Under the pieces are notes generated by a model. It was not told the origin of the DNA. It saw only the letters and a program-made list of their open reading frames with translations, and did no database searches. Shown here in pieces: positions 61,093 through 64,000 of a stretch of 64,000 nt of DNA. The first letter of the stretch is position 1, and each line of letters begins with the position of its first letter. Location: positions 9,482 through 73,481 of the forward strand of contig CACHGV010000003.1 of assembly GCA_902579465.1 (NCBI GenBank). The letters run 5' to 3'. A program made the position numbers and the translations under genes. Source of the DNA: an uncultured Pelagibacteraceae bacterium (GTDB taxonomy: Bacteria > Pseudomonadota > Alphaproteobacteria > Pelagibacterales > Pelagibacteraceae).

Positions 61093-63051
61093 ATGCCTCA
61101 GAAACTGTGGGAAGCAAATTCTCAAACAAAATTAAAATCAAATTTGTTTGAATTTGAAAAGTTTTTAGCAAAAAAATTTAATTACACGCCTAAGAAAAAT
61201 TATAAAAAATTGTATAATTGGACAATTGAAAACCCAAAGCTTTTCTGGTCATCTATATGGGAATTTTCAAATATAAAAGGCATTAAAAACGATAAATTTC
61301 ATTTTCCGAAAGAAATTTTTAAAAGTAAATTTTTAATAAAATCTAAATTAAATTATGCAGAAAACTTGTTGTCTAAAAACGATAATTCAAAGGCTGTTAC
61401 ATTTATTAGCGAAAACGGATACCGAGAAGAAAAATCTTGGAATGAATTAAATGATAACACTCTAAAATTAATCAATTTTTTTAAAAAAATTAAAATCAAA
61501 CAAAAAGACAGAATTGCAGCGTATACAGCAAATCAAATTGAGACAGTTGAGAGTTTTTTAGCAACTAGTGCTATTGGAGCCATTTGGTCATCATGTTCCC
61601 CAGACTTTGGTATACAAGGTGTTATAGAAAGATTTTCTCAAATTAAACCAAAAATATTAATAATTACAGATAGGTATTATTATAATGGTAAAGAGATCAA
61701 TGTACTTGAAAGATTACCAGTAATTCTAAAAAAAATTAAATCTATTAAATGTGTTCTAATTATCAATTATCCAGGTAAAAAAAGTTTAAAACAAAATAAG
61801 ATCAAAGGAACTAAAATTTTCTATTATAATAAAATTAAATACAAAAAAGAGAGAAAATATACATTTAAAAAGTTTGATTTTGATAAAGAGCTAGCAATTT
61901 TATATTCAAGTGGAACAACAGGAAAACCAAAATGTATATGTCATAGAGCTGGAGGGGTTTTGTTACAGCATCTTAAAGAGCATAAACTTCATTGTGATGT
62001 TAAGGAAGGAGATAATGTATTTTATTTTACTACTTGTGGCTGGATGATGTGGAACTGGTTAATGACTTTTTTGGGATCAAAAGCATCTATTGTACTATTT
62101 GATGGTTTTCCAATGCATAAAAGAAATGATTTACTATTTAAAATAGCTGAGAAAGAAAAAATTTCTCTCTTTGGTATAAGTGCCAAGTACATTGATCAAT
62201 TAAAAAAACTTAACATAAAGATTAAAAATAAATATAAACTAAATCATCTCAAAATTATTTGTTCTACAGGATCACCCTTATCCTCAGAGGGTTTTGATTA
62301 TGTTTATAAAAATATAAAAAAAAATGTTCATTTAGCGTCTATTGCAGGTGGAACAGACTTAGTATCGTGCTTCGTATTAGGAAATATATACTCACCAGTT
62401 TACAGGGGACAGATTCAAAATAATGGATTAGGGATGAATACTGATGTTTTTTCTGAAAAAGGAAAATCTTTAATAAATCAAAAAGGGGAATTAGTTTGTA
62501 AATCGCCTTTTCCTTCAATGCCAAAATTATTTTGGAATGATAAGAATAATAAAAAATATAAAAGTGCTTATTTCAAAAAATTTAAAAATGTTTGGCATCA
62601 TGGAGATTTTGCTGAAAGAAAATCTAACGGAGGTTACATAATTTATGGAAGATCAGATGCTACACTAAATCCTGGTGGAGCAAGGTTAGGTACTGCTGAA
62701 ATTTATTCTGTAGTTGATAAATTTAAAGAAGTTAAAGAGTCAATAGTTATAGGTCAGAAATGGGATAATGATGTAAGAATTATATTATTTGTTGTTTTAA
62801 AGAAACCTAGGTCGTTAAATGAAGATTTATCTTTTAATTTAAAGCAGGCTATACGTAAAGATGCATCCCCACGGCATGTACCTAAAAAAATAATTGAGGT
62901 CTCAGATATACCGAGAACAAAAAATGGAAAAATAGTTGAGATCGCTGTTAGAAATACTGTTGAGGGAAATAAAATAAAAAACATACAAGCTCTATTAAAT
63001 CCAAATATCTTAAATGAATTTAAAAATTTGGATGAGCTTAAGAAACCCTAA
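61093..63051 (+). CDS. Acetoacetate--CoA ligase
   Basis: 'WSSCSPDFG', 'YSSGTTGKPKC', 'GWMMWNW', 'GRSDATLNPGG'. Confidence 0.93.
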   Translation: MPQKLWEANSQTKLKSNLFEFEKFLAKKFNYTPKKNYKKLYNWTIENPKLFWSSIWEFSNIKGIKNDKFHFPKEIFKSKFLIKSKLNYAENLLSKNDNSKAVTFISENGYREEKSWNELNDNTLKLINFFKKIKIKQKDRIAAYTANQIETVESFLATSAIGAIWSSCSPDFGIQGVIERFSQIKPKILIITDRYYYNGKEINVLERLPVILKKIKSIKCVLIINYPGKKSLKQNKIKGTKIFYYNKIKYKKERKYTFKKFDFDKELAILYSSGTTGKPKCICHRAGGVLLQHLKEHKLHCDVKEGDNVFYFTTCGWMMWNWLMTFLGSKASIVLFDGFPMHKRNDLLFKIAEKEKISLFGISAKYIDQLKKLNIKIKNKYKLNHLKIICSTGSPLSSEGFDYVYKNIKKNVHLASIAGGTDLVSCFVLGNIYSPVYRGQIQNNGLGMNTDVFSEKGKSLINQKGELVCKSPFPSMPKLFWNDKNNKKYKSAYFKKFKNVWHHGDFAERKSNGGYIIYGRSDATLNPGGARLGTAEIYSVVDKFKEVKESIVIGQKWDNDVRIILFVVLKKPRSLNEDLSFNLKQAIRKDASPRHVPKKIIEVSDIPRTKNGKIVEIAVRNTVEGNKIKNIQALLNPNILNEFKNLDELKKP

Positions 63052-63127
63052 ATACTTTTAAATTTATATAGACAATAATAATTGATTGATATTAAATAGT
63101 AGTAATAATTAATAAATTGGAGTGAAA

Positions 63128-64000
63128 ATGATTAAAAACTTATTTAAAAGTTCTCTAATGATATTACTTCTGACGCTTGGTTTGTCAGGTAAATCGCTTG
63201 CCCAAGAACTAAAATTTTTTACAATTGGTACAGGAGGAACAGCTTATACTTACTATCCGGTTGGTGGGATGATTGCTAATGCAATTTCAAAACCGCCAGG
63301 ATCAAGGGAATGTGGTAAAGGTGGAAGTTGTGGAGTTCCTAATTTGATTGCATCTGCTGTTTCATCAAGAGGATCAGTAGATAATGTAAATGCTATTATT
63401 TCAGGTTTAAGAAATTCAGGATTTGCACAGTCTGATGTTGCTTATTGGGCTTACACTGGTACTGGTACCATGGAAGGAAAAGAACCAGCAAAAGATTTAA
63501 GAACTATTGCAGCACTATTTCAAGAACACATTCATTTAGTTGCTCTTAAAAAAAGCAATATTAATTCTGTTAAAGACCTAAAAGGAAAAAGAGTTTCACT
63601 AGATGAACCTGGATCTGGTACGTATGTTGATGCTAAATTAATTTTAGAGTCTAATGGTTTAAGTACTAGTGATGTAAAAGCTGAAGCTTTAAAAGGTAAA
63701 GCAGCTACAGATGCACTAAGAAATGGCAAAGTTGATGCAATTTTTGTCGTAGCAGGTTTCCCAACAGGAGCAATTGTTGAGTTAGCATCTGCAGTTGATG
63801 TAAAATTAGTTCCTATAGATGGTGCAGGAGCTAAAGCATTAACTTCAAAATATGGATTTTTCTCACAAAGCCCAATTCCTTCAGGAACTTATGAAGGAGT
63901 CGATGAAGTAAATACTGTAGCAGTTGGTGCTCAATGGTTTACGTCTGCAAAAGAAGATAATGAGTTAATCTATCAAATCACTAAAGCTTTATGGAATAAA
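63128..64000 (+). CDS. TAXI-family TRAP transporter solute-binding protein (3' truncated by window)
   Basis: Translated by hand: signal peptide, 'TIGTGGTAYTYYPVGG', 'GSVDNV', 'GFAQSDVA', 'PGSGT'; GGAG RBS; no stop seen before the window end. Confidence 0.92.
   Translation, partial: MIKNLFKSSLMILLLTLGLSGKSLAQELKFFTIGTGGTAYTYYPVGGMIANAISKPPGSRECGKGGSCGVPNLIASAVSSRGSVDNVNAIISGLRNSGFAQSDVAYWAYTGTGTMEGKEPAKDLRTIAALFQEHIHLVALKKSNINSVKDLKGKRVSLDEPGSGTYVDAKLILESNGLSTSDVKAEALKGKAATDALRNGKVDAIFVVAGFPTGAIVELASAVDVKLVPIDGAGAKALTSKYGFFSQSPIPSGTYEGVDEVNTVAVGAQWFTSAKEDNELIYQITKALWNK

Noticed and set aside
37-63729. Numerous 60-175 aa ORF-track entries antisense or out of frame within core genes (e.g. 6266-6640, 7013-7369, 13199-13561, 16790-17317, 21461-21913, 42731-43123, 63532-63729)
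   Set aside because: Fully or almost fully nested in well-identified genes, with Ser/Phe/Leu/Ile-rich shadow composition and no motifs or RBS.
1-64000. CRISPR arrays, IS elements, prophage genes, rRNA
   Set aside because: No regularly spaced repeats, transposase/integrase/phage ORFs or rRNA-like GC-rich segments seen; nearly all sequence is accounted for by coding genes.

Overview
Very AT-rich, gene-dense, streamlined alphaproteobacterial chromosome segment. Gene content, gene order and near-absent intergenic DNA strongly suggest Pelagibacterales (SAR11), by inference. Most of the window is core housekeeping: grpE/dnaK-dnaJ, rdgB, rsmI, maeB, murJ-trpS, tsaB-fur-miaB-phoH-ybeY-lnt-metK, nusA-infB-rbfA-rpsO-pnp, fabA-fabB-fabI, irr plus a rubrerythrin/Fe-S oxidoreductase/DUF3501 cluster, ubiE-ubiB-coaBC-dut, mutM-rpsT-dnaA-dnaN, argH-lysA, tRNA-Leu(CAA), helicase-fdxA-carD, acetoacetyl-CoA ligase and a partial TAXI TRAP binding protein. 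I found no mobile elements, CRISPR arrays or rRNA. The most notable signal is missing from the ORF track: a self-contained unit at about 56675-56901 (promoter, paired GANTC sites, strong RBS, terminator) encoding a 27-aa peptide with 20 Lys/Arg and no acidic residue, converging on a CarD that carries a Lys-rich N-terminal tail. Other points of interest are an OGT-like TPR/GT41 glycosyltransferase coupled to dnaJ, a secreted CRTAC1-like plus 10-Cys protein pair, three Irr/ICE-like boxes, NrdR-like boxes upstream of the helicase and dnaA, and several unannotated small membrane or lipoprotein genes.
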